Shown here: positions 26,632-40,080 of the stretch, in pieces
How positions within the stretch are numbered: position 1 is the stretch's first letter
Layout: each line of letters starts with the position of its first letter
From: Eledone cirrhosa
Lineage: Eukaryota
Assembly (NCBI GenBank): GCA_964016885.1
Contig: OZ024740.1
Location: 384,028,001 to 384,092,000, forward strand
DNA length: 64,000 nt
Reading direction: 5' to 3'
The notes under the pieces: generated by a model
What the model was told of the DNA's origin: nothing
Database searches by the model: none
Seen by the model: only the letters and a program-made list of their open reading frames with translations
Made by a program: the position numbers and the translations under genes

Positions 26632-27447
26632 TTAGAACCCTGTAACCATTAAGCTCTAAGTATAAAGTATAAATACTGAGCCGATTAACAATATATAGTA
26701 AGAAACACAGTAAACCGTGTGTCTAAAATTACAAGGGTTGAAAAACCACATATACTTGAAATATTTAACCAAGAAACAGACTGAATGACGAAATGAAAAT
26801 AAAAATATATTATCAAATAATACAAACCGCCTCAATAACCATTATATCTCTCGGACAGATTATCCCTAATCTGTTTCGCCCTGAGTGTGTTTGTAACAGA
26901 TAATCCTGGGCTTCATCAGCGAGAGATTGCGATTAAATGCCACAAACACTATTTGCCAACGTTCACACAGAAAGATGAATTCATCACCTCGTGCTTCGCC
27001 AGCCAAACGTGGTAAGCGCGTGTTGAACAGAAATAACAGTCCAACACGCACAATTTAATAGCTCATCCTGTAAGAGAGCCGAAATATATATATATGAATT
27101 AGAACCCTGTAACCATTAAGCTCTACGTATAAAGTATAAATACTGAGCCGATTAACAATATATAGTAAGAAACACAGTAAACCGTGTGTCTAAAATTACA
27201 AGGGTTGAAAAACCACATATACTTGAAATATTTAACCAAGAAACAGACTGAATGACGAAATGAAAATAAAAATATATTATCAAATAATACAAACCGCCTC
27301 AATAACCATTATATCTCTCGGACAGATTATCCCTAATCTGTTTCGCCCTGAGTGTGTTTGTAACAGATAATCCTGGGCTTCATCAGCGTTGGTGGCATTT
27401 AATCGCAATCTCTCGCTGATGAAGCCCAGGATTATCTGTTACAAACA
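26629..27447 (-). mobile_element. Tandem 467-bp HHR-bearing non-coding unit (1.6 copies plus short inversion); retrozyme-like
   Basis: 26629-26921 is nearly identical to 27096-27388; inverted fragment at 27393-27447. Confidence 0.75.
26846..26927 (-). ncRNA. Type I hammerhead, canonical, with stable stems
   Basis: ATCTCTCG-CTGATGA-aGCCC..GGGC-GAA-ACAGATTA ggga TAATCTGT-C-CGAGAGAT; GUC triplet. Second copy 27313-27388 lacks most of the 5' strand of stem I. Confidence 0.9.
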
Positions 27448-28836
27448 GCTCAGGGTCGCATAATCGATATGAGCGCGCGTTCGATAATTTTTTCCACTTC
27501 GGGGTGTATTGATGGTTACTTTCCCTCAGTTGCCAGGTCTTGTTTGCAAGGGTAGTTACATAACGGTGCTGGGAACGTTTCATTGCGTAACGGTGTGTAT
27601 ACCAACGAGCTTTAAATGTATTCCCAGTCTCCCCGATGTAATAACATTTCTGGTTGTTTGATTCCACTGTGCATTGGTAAACCAGGTTAGACTGCATACA
27701 TTCATTTTGTAATGGACAGGTTTCAGGTAGATGGCAGTTACATTTCTTGTTATGGGCAACTTTGGCATTATTTGTAGGCTGCGATGCCTGAACAAGTGTG
27801 TTACGTTTTGTTTGCCTATTAGCAGATGGTTGTGTATTAGATAGTCTGTTGTGTTCGGTGGTAATTGTATTGTTATTGTTGTAAATTTGTGTTTTGGTGT
27901 TGTTATGTATCTTTTTAGCGTTAAGCATCTTAATGTGTGCCTCTATATTTGGTGCCGTGGAGTAGGATAATCTAATAAATTTAGTGTTAAGGATTTTGCT
28001 GTATCTATGTGAATCTGGAAAGTGCCTATTTATTATTCTAAAGAAAGTAGAGGGAAGGTTAGTACTAATAGAGGTGTTAAATATGGGGTTATACCAAATA
28101 TATTTTCTACTGCGTGACTTGTTTGATTTCGATGTTGTATTTCTATTTGCCGTATAATTTGCAGTTCTATGCGTAAATGTGTGTATGCGTGTGTTTCTGG
28201 AGTCTGTGTTATGCGTGTTCGTGTGCGCTTCACAGAGGCTTTCATCCATATATTCTACTCTATCGAAGTGGCCTGCCTTGTCTAATGCGGTATTGTAGTA
28301 TTCTGCATGTTCCTCGAAGATTTTCCGGTTAGATGAGAGGCGGGAAATCCTAAGGGATATGTTGCGTGGAATGGATTTAATTATTGATAGTGGGTGGTTT
28401 GAGTTACAGTTGATATATGCTAAGTTTTCATTAATCTTGTGAAAAGGTCTTATAAGTCCCGTATCTAGGTTAAGCGTCACATCTAGAAAGTTAACTGTTT
28501 TAGTGCTATACTCATACGTTATGCTAAGGCCTAATTTTCAGAGAGTCTTTCTAATATTCTTACGGAGTCTTTCTATGCTCTGGTTATTTAGGTTCTTAAC
28601 TAGGAGAAGGGCGTCGTCTTTGTAGATTCCACCGTGAAGGTCGCTAAACTCGCTTTGTAAACTATGGGCTATGTAAATACCTACTAAGCCTGTGACTTGA
28701 GCCGAGTCATTAGCCCCCATCGTGATGTCAAAGTTATTTAATCTATCCTTACGTTCCCTAACCGTACGTTGAAACCGTCCATGAAACTGGCTTTCTTAAC
28801 CAAACACTGGATCACAATAAGCAATTTTTTGCTTCT

Positions 28837-28842
<6 letters not shown>
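27448..28842 (-). mobile_element. PLE fragment (RT C-half + GIY-YIG), close relative of 1-2063
   Basis: MGANDSAQ, YKDD, SNHP, IWYNP, CNCHLPETCPLQNEC, YYIGETG. Confidence 0.9.
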
Positions 28843-28867
<25 letters not shown>

Positions 28868-28897
28868 AATATATATATATATGTATATATATATATT

Positions 28898-28929
<32 letters not shown>

Positions 28930-29032
28930 TATAAATATATATACACACATATATATATATATGTATATATATATTCACACATACGTACAAACGTTTACAA
29001 CATCACATAAATAAAAATACACACACACATAA

Positions 29033-29075
<43 letters not shown>

Positions 29076-29128
29076 CACATACATACACTTACACATATAC
29101 ATAAAAATGTATACATACATATACACAC

Positions 29129-29165
<37 letters not shown>

Positions 29166-29199
29166 CACTTATATACACATATACACGACAACGTACATA

Positions 29200-30292
29200 T
29201 ACGTAAAATTAATAAATAAAAATCAAATGGGGCTGGGTATGTAAAGGCTAAGGTAGAGGGTAGGTGGGAATAAGAAAAATAAATAACATAAGAAAAAGTT
29301 AAAAAATAAGAGGAGATAAGGGAGAAAGGGAAAATAAGGGTACAGAAAGTGAGATCAGAGAGTAATAAATGTCGTAGTAGATGTAAGGCGTAACGAGAAA
29401 AGAGAAGTTCAAGGTGCTTAATTCATCGTACCAAAGAAGAAGTTCGAGGTGGTTGAGTTATCGTAGGAATGTCAATCGAGTTACAGAGCACATGTGATTT
29501 CAGGTGAGGACACCATCTGAAGATCTCAGTCTTGGAGTTAAGGCAAGTTGAAGTGGCTTTCAAATTCTGTAGAATTCTAAATTTGTCAGTGGTACACAAA
29601 GAACAATTCTTTGTGCCCCTTTGGTATTCCCTCGAATGGGCTAAAATAGACCAATCGATAGAGTACGGGATATTATTATCTTTGAATTCTCACACCTTAT
29701 TAGCGAGGGCCGTTGCTGTTCTTTTATCAGAGTGTTTAAAAGAAACCACATGTGCATAAAACCTGGTTTTGAAGCTGTCTTGAGTCATACCAACATATTG
29801 TTCACTCCTGGCTGGCTGGTTGTTAATCAAATGTGTAATTTGGCCTCATATACAAAGGATTTGGTGTTACATTTGCCCTGTAATGGGCATTCATCCGGCT
29901 TTCTGCAACTGCATCCTGGATTTATTCACGTACGATTAGAGTTGGTGATTTTAGACCTCATAGAACGGCAGCAAGAGTAACTAATTTTAACTACATTTCT
30001 ATTAAATATCTTATAATATCTATGATTAGGGGGAAAATGTTTATCTAGGAGGTCAAGGAATTTCCTTCCTACATTGGTTTTGACAGTTAGAGAGAAGGGA
30101 GGTGTAAACCAAATAATTTTCCTTTTCCTATTATTGTGATTAGTTTTAAGGGGAGGGGTAGGTAAATATGTAATCTATTCTGTAAAGCCGCTGTTTGTGA
30201 GGGCTTTATTATAATAAGGGGCAGTTTTATTAGTGTCTAGAGAAGAAGATAAAGTAGAAATCCTAGGGCTAATATTGTGAATAAGCTTTGTA
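29200..30292 (-). mobile_element. Decayed PLE fragment (thumb, linker, GIY-YIG, 3' UTR)
   Basis: Minus-strand translation gives YYNKAL..SGF, RKRKIIWFTPPFS..VKTNVG, KIFNRN..KISYSC, CPLQGKC. Confidence 0.8.
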
Positions 30293-30366
30293 ACCTACAT
30301 AGAGCACTCTTTTTTCCTGGACCATTCCGACCGAACCACTTCATTTATATATATATATATATATAT

Positions 30367-30544
30367 AACGAAGGAATTGTCGTAAGGAACCAGATGGACC
30401 ATAACGCACCAAAGTACTCAATACTTAGGATAGTAGAGTTGGTAATAGGAATAAGTATGATCCCGACGGCAGAGCTCAAGCCGTTTCGAGTCCAGAAATA
30501 GCCGTCGAAACGGCTTGAGCTCTGCCGTCGGGGTCATACTTGTT

Positions 30545-30549
<5 letters not shown>
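30367..30549. mobile_element. Palindromic pLTR mini-insertion (family of 8323-8518)
   Basis: Same tail and inverted GACGGCAGAGCTCAAGCCGTTTCGA arms; flanked by (TA)n. Confidence 0.8.
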
Positions 30550-30609
<60 letters not shown>

Positions 30610-30617
<8 letters not shown>

Positions 30618-32340
30618 GCTTGTGCAGCACAATGTACACTCCCTACATTACTTACCTGAGCGGGAGCACTGTGTGGCACATGCCAGATGGTAAAGTGATC
30701 GTATATTTTTTTTTGGGGGGGTGGGGGTCGTTCACACTCGTGAGATCCTCCGCTCTTTGACGCCCTTTGCTTTTCATCCCGTAGGGTGTCCCAAAATCAC
30801 CCTCCTCTGCAAGCTACCTTTGTTGAATTGTCAGTTTAGCCACCGACGACTTGACCCAGCAGCAGGTTCTACTACGTTACATGTTACCAGTAATGCTCAA
30901 AAGAGACCTGACACAGTGTGGTTGTTGGCCTTATAGAGGCAGTGTGGGCATGATTTCGAATCTGAGGGAATTGCAGGAAAAAAGCACGAGGTAAAGGTAA
31001 GGATCTCTTTGTCATACTTGTTGATCTCACAAACGCTTTTGACACCGTTTCCAGTTATGCTCCCTGGGTTGTTCTTAATTAGTTAGCTTTTCCTGAAAAG
31101 TTGCTTCATATAAGCATCCCTCGGGGGTTATCGGCTTCAGTTAGAACCAATGGAGAAATATGCGATATATTAACTGTTTCAAATAAACAAAACAAGCGCG
31201 CATTCTGCCACCACTCGTATTTGCTTTGCGTTTTGCTGAAATGCTGGAAACAGTTTTTTAGTATGTAAAATAGGGAGTGAGTTTAAATATAGAACAAATG
31301 GTGGCTTGTTCAACCAACAACACTTCAAAGTAGAAACTAACACCGTAGTGCAAACTACTCGTAGCCATCCCTTTGCAGACGACTGTGCATTTGTAGCGCA
31401 CAACTTTAAGCAAGTGCAATGGTTCGCTGACAACTTTACTCACGCTTCTAAATCTTTTAATCTAACCATCAGAATTAAGAAGAAAACGTAGCTTGTCCAT
31501 CAGCCCTCCCACGATATGCTCCCGCTGTGGTTCCTACTGTTTGTACTGATGGAAAGACCTTGAAAATTGTTTCCTCTTTCACCTATCTTCGCTCTCTTGT
31601 ATTTAATGATGCTAATGAGGATAAACAAATAGAGTGCAGGTTTGGGAAGATTAGTTCTTCTTTGGAACATTAGAGGTGAAATTAAAGGTGAAAATTGATC
31701 TGTATAGGTAGATGATACTGACATCACTACTTTAGGGTGCTAAATCATGGAGTCTGTACCGAAAGAACATCAACCAACTTGATGTTTTTCACAGGTGATG
31801 ATTACGTACCATCTGCAACATAAACCTACCCAATCCCATTAGAAACAGTGAGATTCTGACTAAATATAACTTATCAGCCAATGAAGCTATCCTCATGAAA
31901 GTCCAGCTAAGGTGCGTAGGGCATCGTTCTCGTATAAGCGATAGCAGACTTCCTAAGCAGCTGCTTTTTGGTCAGTTTTCGACAGGCAGACAAGTTGGAA
32001 GACTACTCTTGCTCTTCAAATACATACTCAAGGACAATCTGAAACGATGCAACATCCCCTTCTATTCGTAAGAGAAAAAATCATCAGAACACAAAAGTTG
32101 ATGCCATGCTGCTTCCCCTCTATTCAAAGGTTTGAACATTATGACCAAATGTATAAACATCAATGTTTGCTGGCAGAATGCTGTTCCTTAAAATGACAAC
32201 CCTACATACTCCTGTGGTTTTATCGAATGGAGAAAAGCAGGCTTTGCATTCCACTCGAGAAAACATGTTATGGGTGATCCACGGAGTCTCGAGGAGAATG
32301 AGCCTGTGATATGCTTCATCTGTCTTGTTAGGAGCATGAA
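30610..32340 (+). mobile_element. Decayed RTE-clade LINE fragment
   Basis: ELQEKS, VDLTNAFDTV (~31020), FADDCAFVAH (31372), QLR.VGH..R..DSRLPKQLLFG (~31900); many frameshifts. Confidence 0.8.
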
Positions 32341-34332
32341 ATCGGAATAAACACAGGAGTTCATACTGAGCATGGTAATACAGATGCGAAACGATTACTC
32401 TTACTGTAATAGTATTGTTGGGATTCCAACATTAGCATCATGGGGTGCAATCGTTTGTTGAGAACTTTCTATAGTTAAGCTGTTGACGAGACCTATGATT
32501 TCGAGTGTGACTAGTCAATTCTGCCTTACAGAAACATATATGACGACAAATAGGCAAAGTTTAATGCTCTAGAAATAGCATGTCTTCCTAAGAATACATA
32601 TTACTGTTTTTCCTCCATAAGATTTAAAGGAGTATTTGTAGCTTGACTTTAGGTTGCTTTTCCCATTAAGGTTAAGAAAATAAAGTATACACTAGGAAAT
32701 TACTTCATCCTTTTTATGTACTATATGGCCTGTCCTCCTCAATTTGCCAGGTTGCAAGATAGTTTATATGCTTCAAAGATTCGGATAAGCGTTCATTGAA
32801 GAAACAAAAACATCCTTCATATATTCTCTTCAGATCATTGATAACTATATGAAATTATTTGCAGTATTTAATCCGACTCTCTGTGCTCAGAATTCAAACC
32901 TTGTCGTGGTCTGATTTGCCTTTCATCTTTCGGGGTAAATTAAAAAAAGTTCCAATGAAGTTGGTATTACAGTTGGTGTATAGCACGAGACCAACTCTGA
33001 TGATGAAAACTTATGGCCAACAGGTTTATGATCAACATACAAAATATAGGCATACTAACTTTAACATTTTCAGATTATACATTTTACGATGTGTCGTACA
33101 TGAAATACAATAAGAATTTTAAAAACATACATTAATTAAAATAATGAGTGTACGGTAATGGAAATTAAACTGAACCATTTCAGCTAAGTTCAGAATCTGC
33201 CTGTTATGAATAATTTAAATAATCAGTCACTCAAGAATGAGGCTCCTTGTTCTTCGTTAAATGTTCATGAAATAATATAACTACTAAGTACACATAGGAA
33301 ATACAAACACACATAACGAATGCGTTTGTTTACAATTCGAAGAGAGACTTATAATTACAAAATGTAGATAGAGCTACGTTATAACCTCAGATTATACGAT
33401 ACAAACTTTGCTGTGCATAAAATAATTATTCTGTATATATATGTATATCGTTTCTGAATTTGTTTAGCAAGATTCTTTATTGGCAATATGACCCTCCCAA
33501 ATTATAACAATATATATATATATATACACATACATGAATATATATATATGTATGTATATGTATGAATATGTATGTGTATATATATATATGGGGGGGGGGG
33601 CGGTGCGTGTGTATATATTTATGTATATATATTATGAATGTGTTGCTCATCCACTGGCTTTTCGATGGTTTGTGAAAATAAATTATTTATGAGAGACAAT
33701 GTAACGATTGCTCACTTTAATATATTCGAATGTGGATATAAATTTACTGTCTAAAACCATCACGTGGTAATGGCAGAGGTCTCCTTAAAATGAAATGAAG
33801 ATATATGCCAGTTAGTAGTAACCATTTAGAAATAAGCTGTTATCTTATACGCGTTTTAGCAACCGGTCAGAATTGATGAAATGTTATCTAGCTGCATATA
33901 GTTATATGGAGATAATTCAACGTCCATATATAAATTATGTTTTAGAGGCAACATTCAATACATTTCGTACGATTTCAGAATGCAATTAAATAATTTGACC
34001 TAAAATGCCAATTAATTGTGTGTTTCTATGTTTAGCAAAACTACTTACTAGAAGAGCGTAATTTAAATTGCCCTGCAACTTCTGCAACGGTAGAAAAAAA
34101 TCTTCATTAACATAACCATTAAATGTTTGAGGGAAAAACTTGAGGTGAGATTTTCTTTAGAAAGCAATTAAAGAATTTTAGAGTCTTAAAATACCAATTC
34201 ATTCGGTCTGTTTCTATGTTTAGTTTCTTTATTGTAAAAATGAGTTTTAAATTTCATATACATTATTTCTTATTCTTTATGAGTGCGTAAAGAATTTAGA
34301 ATACTATATTTTTATTTAAAATAAATAAATTT

Positions 34333-34399
<67 letters not shown>

Positions 34400-34425
34400 C
34401 CTCCCTCCCCCTGTCTATATATATA

Positions 34426-34457
<32 letters not shown>

Positions 34458-34714
34458 CGATATACACAGAAAAACAAGCACACACATATATATATATGCA
34501 GGTGTATCAAACTATATGTATATAAATGTGTTGATATATGTGAGTGTCTCTATATGCATATATATATATATATATATTAGAAAGTGAGGTTTTTTTTACA
34601 AATTGAAAAATAACCGAGGTGTCCTACACGAGTGAAAGTATAAAGAAAAAGAGATGAAATCGAAAATGCAACTGGAGTCTTATTTTTTTTTTAAATATAT
34701 ATATTTATTTGGTT

Positions 34715-34752
34715 CCTTTACCGGTTTCGCAGTTCTTCTGCTTTTCAAAAGT
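34715..34752 (-). ncRNA. Minimal hammerhead, U3-A8 compensatory core
   Basis: CTT-TTGAAAA-GCAG aagaa CTGC-GAAACCGGTA-AAG; palindromic stem III. Confidence 0.7.
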
Positions 34753-35267
34753 AGATTTGAGATGGAGGGTCTGTGGTTTTTCTCACATCTGGTTGGTCTC
34801 TGAATGTTACTTGTTTTATATGGTAAAAGCGGCTCAAAATGCCAGGTTTTTCGAGAAGTAATTTGATTGGTTGGTCAATAATTATAATAAATTTCGCGCC
34901 AGTTCGCGTTACAATAGTTCTTCAAATAAGAGAGGGGGGGGGGGGGGGGTTCACAGGTTGTTTTTTTCATATATGAGTGTTTGAATTTCTTTTTACTTGA
35001 AAAGAGGGGCTCACGAACGCTTTTCTTTGGTTGGTTATAAATGAAATTATGGCTGTCACGTGAACAAGTTTTCATTAAGTTTTCGCGCGCTTATTTGGAA
35101 ATCCATTCTGTAGCCTTTTTAGAGAATTTTATGATAAGTAAAAGATAATGGTAAAGAGAAATGGGATGGGAGAATTGTTCTGGTTCAGTGAATATGGTTA
35201 GTTCGCTGGTGTGTCAGAGTTCAGATTTTCTATTGAAGTAAAGATATGTATGTTTATTTGTGTGCTC

Positions 35268-35299
<32 letters not shown>

Positions 35300-35421
35300 G
35301 TGTGTATTGGAAGATGATTCTATTAGTAGAAATGGGGGAGGGAGTTGTGGGTGTGGGGGTTGTTATGTGTGTGTATGGGTGTTATGTGTTTGGGAGTATG
35401 GTTAGCATGTTGAGATGAAGA

Positions 35422-35464
<43 letters not shown>

Positions 35465-37828
35465 GTGTGTGTAGGAAAATGATTCCTTTAGTAGGAATAT
35501 TTTTGAATGAACATATTTTCCTTACTTATTCGTATTTGTTCTGTTGTATTGTCAGTGCAAACGTATGTTCAGGTTTATTTAGTTCGGGTTTTTATTTTCT
35601 AAAGTAGAAAGTGTTATGTGTGTATGTCATATTATGGTGTTGACATAATGTATATTAAACCGTATTTAATGCTGGTCTATATTTTTGAATAAACATATTT
35701 TCCTTATTTATTCGTATTTGTTCTGTTGTATTGTTAGCGCAAAGGTAAAATGGGAAGACTTGGAATTTGGGTGTCTTATTACTTGCGCAAATGTCTAGAT
35801 GTGCACTTAGTGGTATCTGTCTCGTGATTTGATCTCGTAATTGTTGGCGATGAAATGTCATTCTGTTTCTGAGTGTGACTTTAGTTGTCCTATATAATCT
35901 TCATTGCATCCTTTACATTTAATGGCATAAAGTAGATTTTTTGATGAGCAAGTGAAGTGATCTTTTACAGTAAAATTTTGTCCTGATTTAAATGTATACG
36001 TGTTGCCTTCAATGAGGTGAGTGCAGGTTCCACAATTAGAGCGACCACATTGTTTGATACTTGGTTGTGGGTTTGTGGTAGGTAATTTGGCATTGGTGAG
36101 TAATGTTTTCAGTGATTTTGGTTGTCTTTTGCTTTTGATTATTTTATGTGTTTCAAGGGCTTTTTTTATTCTTGGGTTTTGTTTTAGTAGTGGGATGTTC
36201 TTGTGAATAGTGTTGTAAGCTTCCGCATTTCTTGGGTTGTGTGTAAGATATATGATAGAATATTGGACGTACCTTGAATTTGTTTCTGTTTCCGTAATTC
36301 ATCAATGACTATTGCTTTAGCCCTTTCTATTCCATTATTTATTAGTAATAGTGGGTACTCTCTCTCGAGTAGAATTTCCTTTAATTCTTGAAGTCTTTTA
36401 TTTCGCGTTTCATAATTGCAGACAATTGTGCAAATTCTTCTTGCTAGGTTAAAAGGAATGTTCGTCTTCGTGTGCTTTGGATGTTTGGAGGTGAATAGCA
36501 GATATTGTTTGGAATCTGTTAGTTTGTAGTGTGTGTCAGTTTCGATATTTGTGTCTTTTTTTAAGATTAAGATGTCCAGAAATGGGCGTTGATCTTGGCT
36601 GCATTCAATTGTGAATTGGATGTGGTTATTGATGCCGTTTATTAAGTTTTTGAAATCCTTCAGTTGGTCTAGTGTGTGGGACCAAAGAATGAGACAACCA
36701 TCCAAGTAGCGTTTCCAATTCTCTGATAAATATTTGTGGTAGTTCAATCCGTATTTTGATTTGGACTGTTCATATATCTGGACTTCTAAGTATGCCATGA
36801 CTAAGTTGGAATAAGTTGGAGCGGCTTTTGTACCCATCGCAGTCCCCGATATTTGCTTGTAAGTATTGCCATCGAAATCAAAAAAGTTGTTCTGTAAGAT
36901 GAATTTTAATCCCTCCGTGATGAAGCTTTTTCTGTTCTGTCAGGTATCTCATTGGGATATTTCTCTAGCCAGAATCCTATTGCTTCTAGTCCGTATTGGT
37001 GTGGGATCGTTGTGTAGCGATTCACTACATCGAAAGACACAATAATAGTGTCGTTGTTGACATGTTTGGGGAGGTGGTTTAAGAGGTCCAGATCGTCTCT
37101 TACAAGGCTTGGTATGTGTTTGAGAATTGGTTTCAGTAGTATGTCTATAAAGTTGCTCTGTCTGTGTGTTTCACATTGTGGGCCCGCTACAATTGGTCTT
37201 AATTTAAGGTCTGTGGGGTATTGTGTGTTCACGCAGGCTGAGGTGGATTGTTTACAGGCATAGTTGATTATTTTACACTTGTGGATCTTCGGAAGTCCGT
37301 AATTGTTGCTGGTTTTGTATTCAAAATCTGTTAAATAATCGCGTTCCTTTTTAGTTAGGTCTTCCTGGTATCGATAAATCAGTGTGTTTAATCTGGTCAT
37401 TATTTTTGATTGCTGGTAGTTTTTTTACTCTTTCATAGTAATTAGTATTTTGTAAGAGAGAGAACATAGAATTTTTATATTTTTCAGCCTCCATAATGAC
37501 AACAGTACTTCCCTTGTCAGCTTCCTTAATTATAATGTCCGTATTGTTTTTTAGTTCATGGATAATCTCCCATTCCCTTCGACTCGTGCTGGGTTTGGGT
37601 TTAGGTTGCGGTAGTTCATGGTATGGGAAGGTAGCTATGTGGCCACAAATTGTGTCCAGAACTCTGTTTCTACCTTTTGTTGGGTTGTAGCTGCTTTTAT
37701 TCCATAAATTGATTCGTCGTTATTCTCCTTGTCAAACAATTCCTCTGTGAGACGTAATTTTCTATAGAAGTGTGAGGTATCGTAATTTATCTCATTGGGG
37801 TTAGAGTATTGTGATGTTGGTGTGAATT

Positions 37829-38881
37829 TCAGTCCTTTGGAGAGATTTTTACTTGTTGGGCTGAGAGGTTTGTATTTGAAAGGTTGCTTATTTTCGGTTT
37901 TTCAAAATCGGTTTGTGCCACCGGGTGTCGTGAGTCCTGTAGCCTTGGTCTAAAAAATGATTTTTCTGGAATGGTTTTTTCAATGGTATTATTATATCTA
38001 ATGGTATTTGCCCTGTTGTTGTGTGGTCTTGTATAGAAGTTTCGGACGTATTGAGGTTCGGTTTGTTGATAGTCCGCGTTGTAGATTTTGTTCCTTTGTG
38101 TGGGTTGGAATCTACGGTTTTGGAACAGGCTCTGTGTGGGCAGAGGTCTACGGTTTGGGAATAGGTTTTGTGTGGGTTGTGATCTGCGGATCAGGTCCTG
38201 CCTTGTGTTCGGGGATCTTTGGTTTTTGTTAGTAGGGTTATAGTTTTGTCTATGGTTTCTGGGATTATTGTTATAGTTTTGCTGGGGGTATGTTGGACGT
38301 TTTGTTACTTTTTTTGTTATTTGTTGTGCATGTGGTGTGTGAGTTTTAGTTTGTTTTAAAAATGGGTTACCTGTATGTTGTTCATTTTTGAAGTCCATTT
38401 CGTAGTTGTTGAACCAGGTGGCGTTTTTTTCCAATCGCTGGAGGGATGTTAGTTCTTCATCCTCACAGTTTTCTTTCCAAAGTTTTAGGGTTTTTTTGTA
38501 GAGTAGGCCTTCAGAGTGCTTTGAGATTTCTGTGTCCATCTGTTGGTCGAGTGACTTGAATTTGTCTTCATTGGAGTTGGCTCTTAATCGCAACGGTTCT
38601 ATTTCTGTTTTAAATTTTTCCAACGCCATCTTTTCCCTAAGTCTTTGTTGGTTTTCTGGTTGATTCGGGATGGGTTTTATTTGGAGTTTTTTGAGGAAGA
38701 TGATTTGGGTAGAGTTTAGCCACTTTTCATATATGTCTGCCTTGCCATTATTTTTTAGGAGATTCCAAAAGGCGAACTTGTGGGCTGTGAGCTTTTGAGT
38801 CCATATGTTTATTAGGGTGCTTTTCACTGAGTGGACATCTCGTAGTTTGGGTTCTAACGGTTGTTCCAGCTTTTGGAGCAT
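37829..38881 (-). pseudogene. N-terminal region of the Neptune-like PLE ORF (helical domain, Q/N/R-rich repeats, start of RT N-domain)
   Basis: 350-aa open frame ending KISNLSNTNLSAQQVK, then a frameshift. Confidence 0.7.
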
Positions 38882-39239
38882 TGCTGTTTCAATGGTTTCG
38901 ATTAGCTTAGTTAATACTGGAGTAATATACGTCTCTTGGGTATTTCTGTTTCTTCGTGGGGTCCTTTTTTATAGATGTGTATTTGGTCCACTTTGTTGGT
39001 CAAAATTGAGAGTTTAGGGGAAATCTCTTTGAGTTCATTTAAGATGTCCTGGTTCAGTGAGTTGTTGTTTTGTTGAGACTTTGGTGGCATTTTCGGTCTT
39101 CGTGTGGTGGGTATATATTAGAAATTGAGGTTTTTCTTTTTTTAATATCTCTTCTTCAGAGGGAAGTAAAGCTGATAATCCAGTGTTCTAAGTAGCTTGC
39201 CAAGTCATGCTATGGTATAGAGTATCTGTTCTATCTCTA

Positions 39240-40080
39240 ATGTCAAAGAGTTAAGATTAGGTGGATAAAGAGTAGTCTCCCTTTAAACAGTTTTTTTTCC
39301 CAACTCTAAACACCAACAGAGGCGAACAAGACGGTACCAACACCGAACCTAGCGGCTCCCCGACCAACAACACACCTGACGCAAAATACCTCGTCACAGA
39401 CTTGACAGGATCGCTCTCCCGAGAGGAATTAGACCTCCTCAGCCTGGGTCCCAAGTTCATATTGAAACAGAGATTGGACGACAAATTATGGCTCGACATA
39501 GAAACGAATTTCTGTCGGGCTGCCTACCAACTAAAATGGATATCGACTCTCGGCAACAACACCACGGAATCTAACAAACCCAGATTCCCGATATACCAAC
39601 TGGATCGCCCACTCTGTCCACCGCCTGCCCACCGCGAGCTTGAAGAAAAACTCTCGAGGCTAAAACATTCCGTATTTCACATCTTACGGAAACAGAAGAA
39701 GATAGCCCCAAAACTCTCCAGGACACAACAAATCGCCCTGAAGAACCTACGGAATAGGGAACTTATATACTTACCATCCGACAAAAGTAAAGAGTTTTGC
39801 GTCATCTCTCAAGCCACATACAACAACCTAGCCTTTGAACAACTAAGCGACAATGAATTATATACAGAGATCCCGGACATGATTGCACCCCAGATCGAAA
39901 AACAGACCAACTCCATCTGGTTCGATATATATAGGAGAAGACAACTCCCAAATAAAGTTAAGCTCAACTACACCACTAGAAATAGCAGACCACCCACTTT
40001 CTACCACCTAATCAAGACCCACAAGAATAGTACTAAGACGCAAATAAGACCCATCGTCTCTAGCATAGAAGGACCCCTTT
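39240..40080 (+). mobile_element. Penelope/Poseidon-like PLE N-terminal RT fragment
   Basis: ORF 39402-40130: LSREELDLLSLGPKF, YLPSDKS, PPTFYHLIKTHK, IRPIVSS. Confidence 0.8.

Larger units (their letters stand above)
34600..39229 (-). mobile_element. Near full-length decayed Neptune-like PLE with long N-terminal region
   Basis: NLS..L..GLKFTPT, ADKG, YGLPKIHK, RPIVAG, SFDV..YTTIP, MGTKAAPTY, RYLDG, PFLD, CGRSNCGTC knuckle, LLYAI..YIG; HHR at 34715. Confidence 0.9.

Noticed and set aside
32995-33012. CTGATGA..GAAA (also CTGAAGA at ~2398)
   Set aside because: No supporting stems I-III.
37945-37965. T_TTT_TTA slippery site in the Neptune-like ORF
   Set aside because: The upstream ORF already reads in frame with the RT N-domain in this copy; it cannot be judged in a decayed element.
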